Source: an uncultured Actinomycetota bacterium (GTDB taxonomy: Bacteria > Actinomycetota > Actinomycetes > JAHEKZ01). Taken from it: 64,000 nt of DNA. Every line of letters begins with the position of its first letter. Positions within the stretch are counted from its first letter, which is position 1. Below the pieces are notes generated by a model that did not search any database, had not been told where the DNA came from, and saw only the letters and a program-made list of their open reading frames with translations. The DNA lies in contig CAWHIJ010000003.1 in NCBI GenBank assembly GCA_963829525.1, positions 416,001 through 480,000 on the forward strand. The letters run 5' to 3'. Below, one piece after another: positions 53,548-63,021 of the stretch. Both the position numbers and the translations under genes were made by a program.

Positions 53548-54735
53548 ATGGATCCACGCGAACAGGTGGAGCGCTACAGCGCCCACAACTATCACCCGCT
53601 CTCGGTCGTCATTTCCTATGGTGAGGGTGCCTGGGTCACCGACACCGAGGGGAAGCAGTACCTCGACCTGTTGTCTGCCTACTCAGCGCTGAACTTCGGG
53701 CACCGACACCCGCGGCTCATCGAGGCCGCGAAGGCGCAGTTGGACCGGCTGACATTGACGAGTCGGGCGTTCCACAACGACCAGCTGGGCAACTTCGTCC
53801 AAGGCCTCTGCGAGCTCACCGGCAAAGAGATGGTCCTGCCGATGAACTCCGGCGCCGAGGCGGTCGAGACCGCGATCAAAACTGCCCGCAAGTGGGGGTA
53901 CCTCGTCAAGGGGGTGCCTGCCGACACCGCACGCGTGATCGTGGCCGATGGCAACTTCCACGGTCGGACAACGACGATCGTGTCGTTCTCGACCGACCCC
54001 GACGCTCGCGATGACTTCGGTCCGTTCACGCCCGGGTTCGACGTTGTCACCTACGGAGACCTCGACGCCTTACGCGCGGCCATCACGCCGAGCACCGTGG
54101 CCTTCCTGGTCGAGCCGATCCAGGGCGAGGCAGGAGTGCTGCTTCCGCCAGATGGGTACCTCGCCGCAGCCCGAGAGATCTGCCGCGAGAACAACGTGCT
54201 CTTCATCGCCGACGAGATCCAGAGCGGTATGGGGCGAACGGGCAAGACGTTCGCCGTCGAGTGGGAGAACGTCGTCCCCGACATGTACGTCATGGGCAAG
54301 GCCCTGGGCGGTGGGATCTATCCGGTCTCGGCAGTTGCCGCCGACGCCGACATCCTCGGCGTGTTCAAGCCGGGCGAACACGGATCGACATTCGGCGGCA
54401 ACCCACTCGGCGCCGCAATCGGGACCGAGGTGATCGCGATGCTCAAGACCGGTGAGTTTCAGGAGCGTTCGCGCACCATGGGCGAGCACATGCTTGGACG
54501 CCTGCGTGCTGAGGCGCCCGCAACCGTCGCTGAGATTCGCGGTCGGGGTCTGTGGGCGGGCGTCCAGCTGCACCCGGGACAGGAGTCAGCTCGCTCACGC
54601 TGTGAGCGACTCATGGTTGAAGGGGTCCTCGCCAAAGACACCCATGAGACGACCATTCGGTTGGCGCCGCCGTTGGTGATTGAGCAGAACGACTTAGACC
54701 TTGCCATCGACAAGCTCCTGAAGGTCCTGCACTGA
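53548..54735 (+). CDS. rocD: Ornithine--oxo-acid aminotransferase
   Basis: AHNYHPL, SAYSALNFGH, MNSGAEAVET, ADEIQSG, GKALGGG, GSTFGGNP. Confidence 0.95.
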   Translation: MDPREQVERYSAHNYHPLSVVISYGEGAWVTDTEGKQYLDLLSAYSALNFGHRHPRLIEAAKAQLDRLTLTSRAFHNDQLGNFVQGLCELTGKEMVLPMNSGAEAVETAIKTARKWGYLVKGVPADTARVIVADGNFHGRTTTIVSFSTDPDARDDFGPFTPGFDVVTYGDLDALRAAITPSTVAFLVEPIQGEAGVLLPPDGYLAAAREICRENNVLFIADEIQSGMGRTGKTFAVEWENVVPDMYVMGKALGGGIYPVSAVAADADILGVFKPGEHGSTFGGNPLGAAIGTEVIAMLKTGEFQERSRTMGEHMLGRLRAEAPATVAEIRGRGLWAGVQLHPGQESARSRCERLMVEGVLAKDTHETTIRLAPPLVIEQNDLDLAIDKLLKVLH

Positions 54736-54796
54736 CGCAATTGCTGGATCGAATGGCACCGGTTTCGCCCACGTTTTCGCCTCGACACGTCATAGG

Positions 54797-55936
54797 GTGG
54801 CGCACGTGACCACTGTCGCAGTACCGACAGAGACCCGGCCCGGCGAACGCCGGGTCGCTCTCGTGCCGGAGAGCGTTGGGCGCCTCACGGCGCTCGGCGT
54901 GGATGTGCGCGTTCAGGCGGGTGCTGGGGTCGCCGCGAACGCACTTGACCAGGCCTATCGTGACGCCGGGGCGTCGGTGGTCGATGGCGACGTGCTGGCC
55001 GGTGCCGACGTCGTCCTCACGGTCAACTCCCTCGACACCGATCGAGTGAGCACCCTGGCGCGCGGCACGACCGTCGTCTCCTTCCTTGCGCCCCTGCAGA
55101 CACTTGACAAGGTCAAGGCGGCACAGCAGTCCGGGATCACCTGGCTGTCGATGGAGCTGGTTCCTCGTATCTCCCGGGCGCAGTCGATGGATGCTCTTTC
55201 TTCGCAGGGTCTAGTCGCTGGCTACCGCTGTGCTTTGGTGGCTGCCGAACACTTGCCGAAGTTCTTTCCGATGCTGATGACGGCGGCCGGCACGGTCAAA
55301 CCAGCCAAGGTGGTCGTGCTCGGTGCTGGTGTTGCCGGGCTCCAGGCGATCGCGACGGCCAAGCGGCTCGGCGCAGTGGTGCAGGCGTACGACGTGAGAG
55401 CTGCTGCCGCTGACGAGATCCGCAGCATGGGCGCGAAGTTCATCGAGCTTGACCTCGAGTCCCTCGAGGGTGCTGGCGGTTACGCACGTGAAATGACCGA
55501 GGAGCGGTCCCAGCGCCAGCGCGACTTGCTGACGCCGTACATCTCGGCCGCCGATGCCGTCATCACAACAGCGGCGGTTCCTGGGCGCCAGGCACCACTG
55601 CTTGTGACCCGGGCAATGGTCGAGACGATGGCCCCCGGCTCGGTCGTGGTCGATCTCGCGGCTGAGACCGGCGGCAACGTCGAGGGTTCGGTGGCCGGCG
55701 AGGACGTGCAGATCGGCAACGCCATGGTCTGGGGTGGACTCAACGTCCCCTCGCAAATGCCGGTGGCCTCGTCGCGCCTCTACTCGGCCAACTTGGTAGC
55801 CATCAGCCAGCTCTTCGTCAAGGAGGGCACTGTCACCATGGACTTCGACGACGAGATCCTCGATGGCGCGTGTGTCACCCACGACGGCCAGGTGCGTTTT
55901 GGTCCGGCCCGAGAGGCACTGGAGGGTGGTTCTTGA
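54797..55936 (+). CDS. pntA: NAD(P) transhydrogenase subunit alpha, part 1
   Basis: ERRVAL, PRISRAQSMD, MLMTAAGT, GAGVAGL, DLAAETGGN; possible start at 54806. Confidence 0.95.
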   Translation: MAHVTTVAVPTETRPGERRVALVPESVGRLTALGVDVRVQAGAGVAANALDQAYRDAGASVVDGDVLAGADVVLTVNSLDTDRVSTLARGTTVVSFLAPLQTLDKVKAAQQSGITWLSMELVPRISRAQSMDALSSQGLVAGYRCALVAAEHLPKFFPMLMTAAGTVKPAKVVVLGAGVAGLQAIATAKRLGAVVQAYDVRAAAADEIRSMGAKFIELDLESLEGAGGYAREMTEERSQRQRDLLTPYISAADAVITTAAVPGRQAPLLVTRAMVETMAPGSVVVDLAAETGGNVEGSVAGEDVQIGNAMVWGGLNVPSQMPVASSRLYSANLVAISQLFVKEGTVTMDFDDEILDGACVTHDGQVRFGPAREALEGGS

Positions 55937-56232
55937 TGGACGGCATCGGGCTGCTCACGGTCTTCGTGCTCAGCATGTTCGTCGGCTTTGAGGTTGTCTC
56001 GAAGGTCTCCACCATCTTGCACACCCCGCTGATGTCGGGGGCGAATGCAATCCACGGGGTGATCCTGGTCGGCGCGATCATCGTTACCGGGCATGCTGAT
56101 ACCGATGCCGAGCTTTGGCTCGGCCTTGCTGCGGTGGTTCTGGCGACAGTCAACATGGTCGGCGGCTTCGTGGTCACCGATCGCATGCTGGAGATGTTCA
56201 CGAGGGAAGAAGTCGCCAGCGAAGGGGTCTGA
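55936..56232 (+). CDS. NAD(P) transhydrogenase subunit alpha, part 2 (membrane)
   Basis: LHTPLMSGANAIHG, GGFVVTDRML. Confidence 0.93.
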   Translation: MDGIGLLTVFVLSMFVGFEVVSKVSTILHTPLMSGANAIHGVILVGAIIVTGHADTDAELWLGLAAVVLATVNMVGGFVVTDRMLEMFTREEVASEGV

Positions 56233-56235
56233 CGC

Positions 56236-57609
56236 GTGAACCAGACCTGGGTGCAACTTGCGTATCTTGCCGCCGCTGTCTGCTTCATTCTTGCCCTCAA
56301 GGGGCTCTCATCACCGAAGTACGCCAGACGCGGCAATCTGATCGGGGCTTTCGGCGCAACCCTTGCGGTAGTCGTGACGCTGGTCGCCGAACCGCTCGAC
56401 CACATGGTGCTGATCCTCGTGGCGATCGCGATCGGGACGGCGTTCGGTGTGCCTGCTGCGCGAACGGTTGCGATGACAGCCATGCCCCAGTTGGTAGCTC
56501 TCTTCAACGGGGTCGGTGGCGCAGCTGCCGCGATCGTCGCCATCGTTGAGTTCCTGGCCTCGGGCGAGCAGGAGTCGACGGTCACGCTGGCGGCCTCTGT
56601 CTTCACCGTCCTGGTGGGATCGGTGTCGTTCAGCGGGTCCGTGATCACCTTCCTGAAGCTGCAGGGCCTGATGACGTCGCGGCCGGTGGTTTTTCCTGGC
56701 ATGAAGTTCCTGTTGCCGCTCACCGCGGTCACTGCCGTTGCTCTGGGCGTGCTCGTCCTCACGACCACCTCGACGCAGATCGTATTTGCCCTGGCCGCCG
56801 TCTCGCTGCTGCTCGGTGTTCTCTTCGTCCTGCCTGTGGGCGGCGCCGACGTCCCGATCGTCATCTCGTTGCTCAACGCTTTCACCGGGCTCACCGTCGC
56901 GGCCTCCGGATTCGTTCTCGACAACGTGCTGCTGCTCGTAGCAGGAACGCTGGTCGGTGCGAGTGGAACCCTGCTGACACTCGCCTGATGGCAAAGGCCA
57001 TGGGACGCCCTCTTACCGGCACGCTCTTCGGTGCCTTCTCCGGTACGTCGACGCTGGGTGGCGGGCAGGCGTCGGAGCGGCCGGTGAAGTCGTTGGGACC
57101 GGCGGATGTCGCAGTGATGCTCGCCTATGCCGAGCGTGTTGTCATCGTCCCCGGTTACGGACTGGCGGTCGCTCAGGCTCAGGGTGCGCTGAAAGAGCTG
57201 GTCGACCTGCTGGGAGAGCGTGGTGTCGAGGTCTCCTACGGCATCCACCCCGTCGCAGGTCGGATGCCGGGTCATATGAACGTGCTTCTCGCCGAGGCCA
57301 ACGTGCCTTACGAGCAGCTCAAAGAGATGGACGAGATCAACCCTGACCTTCCGAGCACCGATGTGGCGCTCGTCGTCGGAGCGAACGACGTGGTCAACCC
57401 GGCGGCGCGAACCCCAGGTACCCCGATCTCGGGCATGCCGATCATCAATGTCGACCAAGCTCAGGCCGTTGTCTTCCTGAAGCGCTCCATGCGCCCCGGG
57501 TTCGCCGGCATCGACAACGAGCTGTTCTATCGACCCCAAGACTCAGCTGCTCTTCGGGGACGCCAAGGACACGCTGAGCCAGACGGTGACCGCGCTCAAG
57601 GGGCTGTGA
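56236..57609 (+). CDS. pntB: NAD(P) transhydrogenase subunit beta; two frameshifts (near 56980 and 57530), likely sequencing errors
   Basis: MPQLVALFNG, GGADVP, PGYGLAVAQAQ, HPVAGRMPGHMN; C-terminal LLFGDAK restored in the alternative frame ending TGA 57609. Confidence 0.93.
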
Positions 57610-57692
57610 GCCCTCGCGGGGCTTAAGGCCTAGGCAAGCCTGCCCCGCGTCTGACACCATCACGTGGGCGGGGTTGACAGGCGGAGGCTGTA

Positions 57693-58178
57693 ATGAGCGA
57701 CGAGATGGCGGCTGACTTCGCCCTGAGTGCAGCCCGCGAGGATGGCCTCTGGTCGGTTGTCGCGATGCCCCCGGCTGCGGCGGATGACCTAGACCAGATC
57801 ATTCACGCCTTGCGCCAGCAGCCGGGTGACGGCGGTTCGATAGGGCTGTTGTCGTTCTCGGAGGACTTCTTCGTCATCTTGCGGATCATGGGCGAGGAAG
57901 TCCGCATCTTGCTCAGCGACGTCACAGCGGCGTTCGACGCCCCGTTTGCCGGCCAGGTGCTCGATCGGCTCGAGCTTCCGATGCCCGACGGCGATGACGA
58001 GAACGATATCGAGCCCGCGGGCGACCTCGATCTCCTCGAAGACCTCGGTATCAGTCCGCTGCTGATGGCCGGCCTCTGTGACGATCTCGAGCTCTACCCC
58101 GACGACGTGTTCGGCCAGCTCGCTGAGCACATGGGGTTCTTCGAGCAGTACGAAGCAGCCATGCAACTCGTTGCTTGA
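57693..58178 (+). CDS. tRNA adenosine deaminase-associated protein
   Basis: Acidic protein with REDGLW, ILLSD, PAGDLDLLEDLG, immediately upstream of tadA. Confidence 0.82.
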   Translation: MSDEMAADFALSAAREDGLWSVVAMPPAAADDLDQIIHALRQQPGDGGSIGLLSFSEDFFVILRIMGEEVRILLSDVTAAFDAPFAGQVLDRLELPMPDGDDENDIEPAGDLDLLEDLGISPLLMAGLCDDLELYPDDVFGQLAEHMGFFEQYEAAMQLVA

Positions 58179-58191
58179 CGCCGAGCACAGC

Positions 58192-58683
58192 ATGACTCAG
58201 GTCAACCCTCCCTATGCGGAGTTCATGCATCGAGCGCTTCTGGAAGCCCAGGTGGCGGCGCGTCACGGTGACGTCCCCATTGGTGCTGTGGTGATCGACG
58301 CGTCTGGCGAGGTGGTCGGCGCGGGCCACAATCGACGCGCGGCCGAGGGCGACCCAACCGCGCATGCCGAAGTGCTTGCCTTGCGGGACGCGGCGGCTCG
58401 TCTAGGCTCCTGGCGGCTGGACGACTGCACGCTCGTCGTCACCCTTGAGCCGTGCACCATGTGTGCCGGAGCAGTCGTGCAGGCACGGGTCGGGCGGCTG
58501 GTCTTCGGAGCGTGGAACGAGGAGATGGGTGCGGTCGGAACGCTGTGGGACGTTGTGCGCGACCGGCGGCTGCATCATCGGCCCGAGGTGGTCTCCGGAG
58601 TCCTGGCAGAGGAGTGTGGCGCCCTGCTGAAGTGGTTCTTCGCCGAGCACCGCGATTCTGGCGACGCTGACTCCATCGGGTAA
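58192..58683 (+). CDS. tadA: tRNA-specific adenosine deaminase
   Basis: DVPIGAV, DPTAHAE, TLEPCTMCAGA, VRDRRL. Confidence 0.93.
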   Translation: MTQVNPPYAEFMHRALLEAQVAARHGDVPIGAVVIDASGEVVGAGHNRRAAEGDPTAHAEVLALRDAAARLGSWRLDDCTLVVTLEPCTMCAGAVVQARVGRLVFGAWNEEMGAVGTLWDVVRDRRLHHRPEVVSGVLAEECGALLKWFFAEHRDSGDADSIG

Positions 58684-58693
58684 TCTCTGCGGC

Positions 58694-58783
58694 GGTGGCG
58701 TGTCCGAGCGGCCGAAGGAGCACGCCTCGAAAGCGTGTGAGGGGGCAACTCCTCCGTGGGTTCAAATCCCACCGCCACCGCCA
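58694..58783 (+). tRNA. tRNA-Ser(CGA)
   Basis: GGTGGCG/CGCCACC acceptor stem, CACGC-CTCGAAA-GCGTG anticodon arm, long variable arm, GTTCAAATC, encoded CCA. Confidence 0.96.
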
Positions 58784-58869
58784 TACTTGCCCCGCGTCTG
58801 CATTTCTCGTGGGAGGAGCCTTCTGTTTGCTGGCTTCGCATGCCGTTGGCGAAGAGGAGGCGGGCGAGG

Positions 58870-59997
58870 ATGCGCGAAGACTTCACCTCCAGAATGCCGT
58901 CCGGGCGTCTTGAGTACCTGGACAACCTCAAGGTGCTGATGGTGGTGGGAGTGATCGTCGCGCATGCGACGTTCGCGTGGACTGCTGTGGGCAACTGGGT
59001 TGTCAAGGAGGAGCAGCTTCGTGAACCCGCGTTGACCTTAGTGACAATAGTTGCGGCAATCGCGGGTCTGTTCGGACTCGGGCTGTTCTTCCTCATTGCT
59101 GGGACTTTCACACCCCGGTCGTTCGACCGGAAAGGGCCCGCACGGTTTCTAGTAGACCGCACCGTGCGGCTTGGCGTGCCCATGCTCTTCTTCGTCATCT
59201 TCTTAAGCCCACTCGTGGAGTGGGTGGACGATGACAGTGTGGGTAAGTCCAGCGGTTTCTGGGCGTTCACGGTCGACATCTGGTGGCCCCCTGCGCCGGG
59301 ACCGACGTGGTTCTTGGGCGTGCTGCTGGCATTCTCAGCTGGGTACGCAGTCGTGCGTATGGTGCGTCCGGCGTCTCGCCGCCAGGAAACTCTGAGTTGG
59401 AAGCCCCTGATCCTGGCTGGAGCCGTCATCGCGGTGACGTCGTTTGTCGTCCGACTGGGCGTGCCTCTGGGGGAGGAGGTTTTCAGGCTCGCTCTGGGGC
59501 AGTCTCCGGGGTGGGTGCTCGGTTTCGTCGTTGGTTGCCTTGGAGGCGAGCGCGGCTGGTTCGAAATGGTCCCGCCGAAGCTTGCTCGGGGGTGCGGATG
59601 GTTGGGGTGGAGCTCGGCGGTGGCGATCGTCGGCATCATTGCTGCATCGGTGGCCACCGGAGGGGGGCCGGAGGACTTTGCAGGTGGGGCCAACTGGCCG
59701 TCCTTGCTGTTGGTGTTCGTCGAAGCGGGCCTTGTGATCGGGATGTCGATCTGGTTGATCGACCTCTTCCGTAAGCGTTTCAACCGGCAAGGGCCGCTGC
59801 TGTCGGAGATGAGCCGCGGCGCATTCGCAGCCTTCCTTCTCCATCAGGTGGTGCTGGTAGGTGCCGTCTTGGTCACCCGCGAGGTGGACTTGGGTCCGGA
59901 GCTTGAGTTCCTGCTGGCCTGCATGCTGGGGATCGCTGGATCCTTTGGGTTGGCGTCGTTGATGGTACGTATCCCAGGCGTGTCGCGATTCGTGTGA
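58870..59997 (+). CDS. Acyltransferase family 3 (membrane O-acyltransferase, MdoC/OafA-like)
   Basis: RLEYLDNLK..H, FFLIAG, R..RLGVP, GPTWFL; many TM segments; start uncertain. Confidence 0.85.
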   Translation: MREDFTSRMPSGRLEYLDNLKVLMVVGVIVAHATFAWTAVGNWVVKEEQLREPALTLVTIVAAIAGLFGLGLFFLIAGTFTPRSFDRKGPARFLVDRTVRLGVPMLFFVIFLSPLVEWVDDDSVGKSSGFWAFTVDIWWPPAPGPTWFLGVLLAFSAGYAVVRMVRPASRRQETLSWKPLILAGAVIAVTSFVVRLGVPLGEEVFRLALGQSPGWVLGFVVGCLGGERGWFEMVPPKLARGCGWLGWSSAVAIVGIIAASVATGGGPEDFAGGANWPSLLLVFVEAGLVIGMSIWLIDLFRKRFNRQGPLLSEMSRGAFAAFLLHQVVLVGAVLVTREVDLGPELEFLLACMLGIAGSFGLASLMVRIPGVSRFV

Positions 59998-60121
59998 GTG
60001 GTCGGGAGGCGGTTGGGTGCTGACTCGCAGGACCGTAGACACGCAACCTCGGCGTCACCCTCATACTTCGTGCAGAGGGTTCGGCACTTCGGCCGGCCCG
60101 CCGAGGGTCGGGAGGCCAACC

Positions 60122-60433
60122 ATGTGGGCTCAACTCATCAAGATGCGCGCCAAGCCAAATCGAGAACAAGACTTGATGGAGATGCATGGTCGGATCCAGG
60201 CATTGGAAGAACCCGGATCGGGCCTGCTCCGCACCACCATCGGGTGGGACCAGAAGGACCCGCAGGTCTCCTACGTGTTGGTCGTCTTCGAGAGCGAAGA
60301 GAAAGCGCGCGCTCGCGAGCAGAGCCCACGTCGCCAAGAGGCCATGGCTGCCGTCATGAGCACTATGGGCGACGTGCTGGAAGGTCCCCCTGAGTTCATC
60401 GACCTAACTGTGGCTCAGGACGTCACCCCGTAG
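60122..60433 (+). CDS. Small ABM/dimeric alpha-beta barrel-like protein
   Basis: GGGAGG RBS; MWAQLI...VVFESEEKARARE...GPPEFIDL. Confidence 0.7.
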   Translation: MWAQLIKMRAKPNREQDLMEMHGRIQALEEPGSGLLRTTIGWDQKDPQVSYVLVVFESEEKARAREQSPRRQEAMAAVMSTMGDVLEGPPEFIDLTVAQDVTP

Positions 60434-60472
60434 CCGGGGACGTCACGGCTTGTGGCGCGCGCGACCCAGCCG

Positions 60473-61390
60473 CTACGGAGTCACACCGAAAGTCGACAGG
60501 AAGTCGAGGTCGTCGGCTTGATCGAGGCGGTAACCTCCGGTGCCGTCGGAGCAGGTCGGGCTGATCCCGTACGACGTGACCGCGACAACGGTCGTGGAGT
60601 CTCCGCGGAAGATCGGGCCGCCTGAGTCACCGAAGCATGTGCCGCCGGTCGTGTTCGTACCCTTGTTGCTCGAGAACTTCGCTGAAGTTCCCTTGCCTGA
60701 CCCCGCGACTCCGTTGAGGTTGACGAGTCGCTGTTGCGCCTTGCGACGGGTGTCGCCGCCGAAGGAGGAGTTGAGCTTCGATCCTTCGAGCCCGTACCCA
60801 ACGGCTTCGAATGTCAGGTGCGACTTCTTCTTGACCAGGGTGTTGAGCAGTCCCTCATCTGGCAGTTGTCCATAGGTGTCGGAGTCGACCGGCTTGTCCA
60901 GGACGAGGACGCCAAGATCGTGCTTGTAAAAGAGTGCGTCGTCGTACTGCGGGTGCGCGAAGGCGGTTGCCTCGAGCCAGTTGGGGTCGGCGTTGAGCGC
61001 AGCCTTACGATCGAGATACCGCTGCTCGTTGCGGTCAGGGATGTAGTTGGCGCTCGGCGGGAACGACGAGAAGTCTGGAATCTCGGAGAAGTTAATCCAG
61101 ACGTCGTTGCCGTCTGAGCCGGTCGTCGGCCTGCCGTCCTGGCCGATACCGAACGCGCAGTGGCCGGCGGTCACGACGACGGTTGGGCTCACGAGAGTGC
61201 CGCTGCAGGTGTACCAGCTGCCCGGGTCGGTGAAGCGTGAGTCGACGGCGTCCGGGACGTAGAAGAGGAGCTCACCCACGAAGGGGTGCTCACCGTTGTC
61301 GGCCTGGCCGTTGACGATGGCTTGAGCGGGCATTGACAGGCCAAGCATCGCGAAAACGGCGACAACGGTGATCAAGATCTTGGTGCGCAT
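60473..61390 (-). CDS. Secreted trypsin-like (S1) serine protease
   Basis: Signal peptide, IVNG, CSGTL, TAGHC, DLGVL, CFGDSGGP. Confidence 0.92.
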   Translation of the reverse strand: MRTKILITVVAVFAMLGLSMPAQAIVNGQADNGEHPFVGELLFYVPDAVDSRFTDPGSWYTCSGTLVSPTVVVTAGHCAFGIGQDGRPTTGSDGNDVWINFSEIPDFSSFPPSANYIPDRNEQRYLDRKAALNADPNWLEATAFAHPQYDDALFYKHDLGVLVLDKPVDSDTYGQLPDEGLLNTLVKKKSHLTFEAVGYGLEGSKLNSSFGGDTRRKAQQRLVNLNGVAGSGKGTSAKFSSNKGTNTTGGTCFGDSGGPIFRGDSTTVVAVTSYGISPTCSDGTGGYRLDQADDLDFLSTFGVTP

Positions 61391-61541
61391 GCAGTGGTCT
61401 CCTTCAGATTCGTGCTGTGGACGCCAGGGGCTATCTGCGACGTGACCCTTGTCCCTTGACCGTACGTGGTGGAGCCCCCCCATGCGACCGAACCGACAAA
61501 GTCGAGCCCCAGATACCCCCAGGGCTCTCTACTCTCGGGTT

Positions 61542-61946
61542 ATGCGCACCCAGCTGATTGACGTACACACCGGCGACCGTGACATCGTGCTGGACCTCAC
61601 CCCCGACTGCGCTAACTTCGTCAGCGACCAGCCGGACGGCCTGCTGCACATCTTCGTGCCGCACGCCACGGCCGGGATCGCCATCCTGGAGACGGGGGCG
61701 GGCAGCGATGAAGACCTGCTCGTGGCGCTGCGCGAGCTGCTCCCGGCCGATGACCGCTGGGTTCATCGTCACGGCAGCCGGGGCCACGGGCGCTCACATG
61801 TGCTGCCGGCCCTGATCCCCCCTTATGCCACGGTGCCTGTTGTGGGTGGCGGCCTACAGCTTGGCATCTGGCAGAGCATCTGCATGGTCGATCTCAACGT
61901 CGACAACGCGCAGCGGCACGTCAGACTCAGCCTCATCCCCGCGTAG
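61542..61946 (+). CDS. yjbQ: YjbQ (UPF0047) family protein
   Basis: FVPHATAG, HRHGS.GHG..H, LGIWQSI. Confidence 0.88.
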   Translation: MRTQLIDVHTGDRDIVLDLTPDCANFVSDQPDGLLHIFVPHATAGIAILETGAGSDEDLLVALRELLPADDRWVHRHGSRGHGRSHVLPALIPPYATVPVVGGGLQLGIWQSICMVDLNVDNAQRHVRLSLIPA

Positions 61947-62000
61947 GCCGAGCGCCACCAGCCGTACGGCCTCAACTCGCCCCCGACCTTGGACAGACAG

Positions 62001-62567
62001 TCACGGTTTTCGGCAGACGGGCTTGCCCGGCGGCAGGGTGACGGCTCGGGGATCGGCGTTCTCGGTCGACAGCACCCGGTCGAAGTCCGGACCCAACCAG
62101 AGGGCGACAGGTGCACCGTCGACCCGCCTCACCTGGACCAGCTCGGAACCGGCGACGTAGGACGCGACGGTGGCAGCGGCCGCCACGTCTGCCTTCCGGT
62201 AACGAACCAGAGCGACGCCCTGCTTGACCGGCTTGTCGGTATTGCGGACGCCCGAGACGACGAAGCCGCGGGCGGCGAGGGTATCGGCGGTCTCAACGGC
62301 CAGCCCGCTGCGCTCAGTGCCGTTGGCCACGGTGAGGGTCACGTCGGCGGGCGTTGGGAACTTCTTCGGCGCCTCGGGCGTCGGCGTCGTGCAGGTGCGA
62401 CTCGGCGACGCTGCGGGTGCAGACACGTCCTCCGGCCGCTGCGTGAGCCACCACCATGCCCCGTAAGCGGCGGCTGCTACGAGAGCCAGGATCGCCAGCG
62501 CAGCGAGCGCCTTGGGCCAGCGGCGAGGTCGCCGGGGCCCAGCGCCCAGTGGGGTCAGCATCGTCAC
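62001..62567 (-). CDS. LytR C-terminal domain membrane protein
   Basis: Single TM, VANGTERSGLA...LAARGF, LWLGPDF. Confidence 0.85.
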   Translation of the reverse strand: MTMLTPLGAGPRRPRRWPKALAALAILALVAAAAYGAWWWLTQRPEDVSAPAASPSRTCTTPTPEAPKKFPTPADVTLTVANGTERSGLAVETADTLAARGFVVSGVRNTDKPVKQGVALVRYRKADVAAAATVASYVAGSELVQVRRVDGAPVALWLGPDFDRVLSTENADPRAVTLPPGKPVCRKP

Positions 62568-62656
62568 TGGGGAACCCTAACCAAGGGTCGTGACACACCG
62601 CGCCACCCTGTTGAGCGACGTTGGGAGCGGAGTCTCGGAGGCTCGGAGCCGCAGAG

Positions 62657-62741
62657 CGGAGGATGCGGGATTCGAACCCGCGAGGGCGTTAACCCAACAC
62701 GCTTTCCAAGCGTGCGCCATAGGCCACTAGGCGAATCCTCC
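62657..62741 (-). tRNA. tRNA-Ser(GGA)
   Basis: GGAGGAT/ATCCTCC acceptor stem, CACGC-TTGGAAA-GCGTG anticodon arm, GTTCGAATC; CCA not encoded. Confidence 0.95.
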
Positions 62742-62792
62742 GCCGCAGAGATTACCGGGTGTGAGCGCTAACCCCCGCAGCGGCCGCTGATG

Positions 62793-62858
62793 CCGGCGAA
62801 TCTGCAGTAGATGCCCAGATAGCGGCGGCAGGGTGGTCATCTACTGCAGACTCGACGG
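62793..62858. repeat. Inverted repeat (REP/MITE-like)
   Basis: TCTGCAGTAGATG-N24-CATCTACTGCAGA, extendable to 21-bp arms with 2 mismatches. Confidence 0.65.
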
Positions 62859-62898
62859 GGCGGGACCCCCTTGGCCAGGTCCGCGTAGAATGTCTGTC

Positions 62899-62986
62899 GA
62901 CCCCTCGTGCGGCGTCACCTCATCGAACTCCCCCAGGGCCGGAAGGCAGCAAGGGTAGGCGGGCTCTGGCGGGTGCGCGGGGGGTC
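62899..62986 (+). ncRNA. ffs: Signal recognition particle RNA (4.5S)
   Basis: CAGGGCCGGAAGGCAGCAAGG domain IV, complementary ends, TAGAAT -10 upstream, located before dnaX. Confidence 0.93.
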
Positions 62987-63021
62987 ACTTGCTGTCCGGG
63001 TCTGGGGCTAGGGTCGTCCCC

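Noticed and set aside
57641-58800. 13-bp direct repeat TGCCCCGCGTCTG (57641 and 58788) flanking tadA and the tRNA
   Set aside because: Short and GC-rich, so plausibly chance; it encloses core genes and there is no recombinase.
58784-62656. tRNA-integrated genomic island or prophage
   Set aside because: No integrase and no duplicated tRNA 3' end found.
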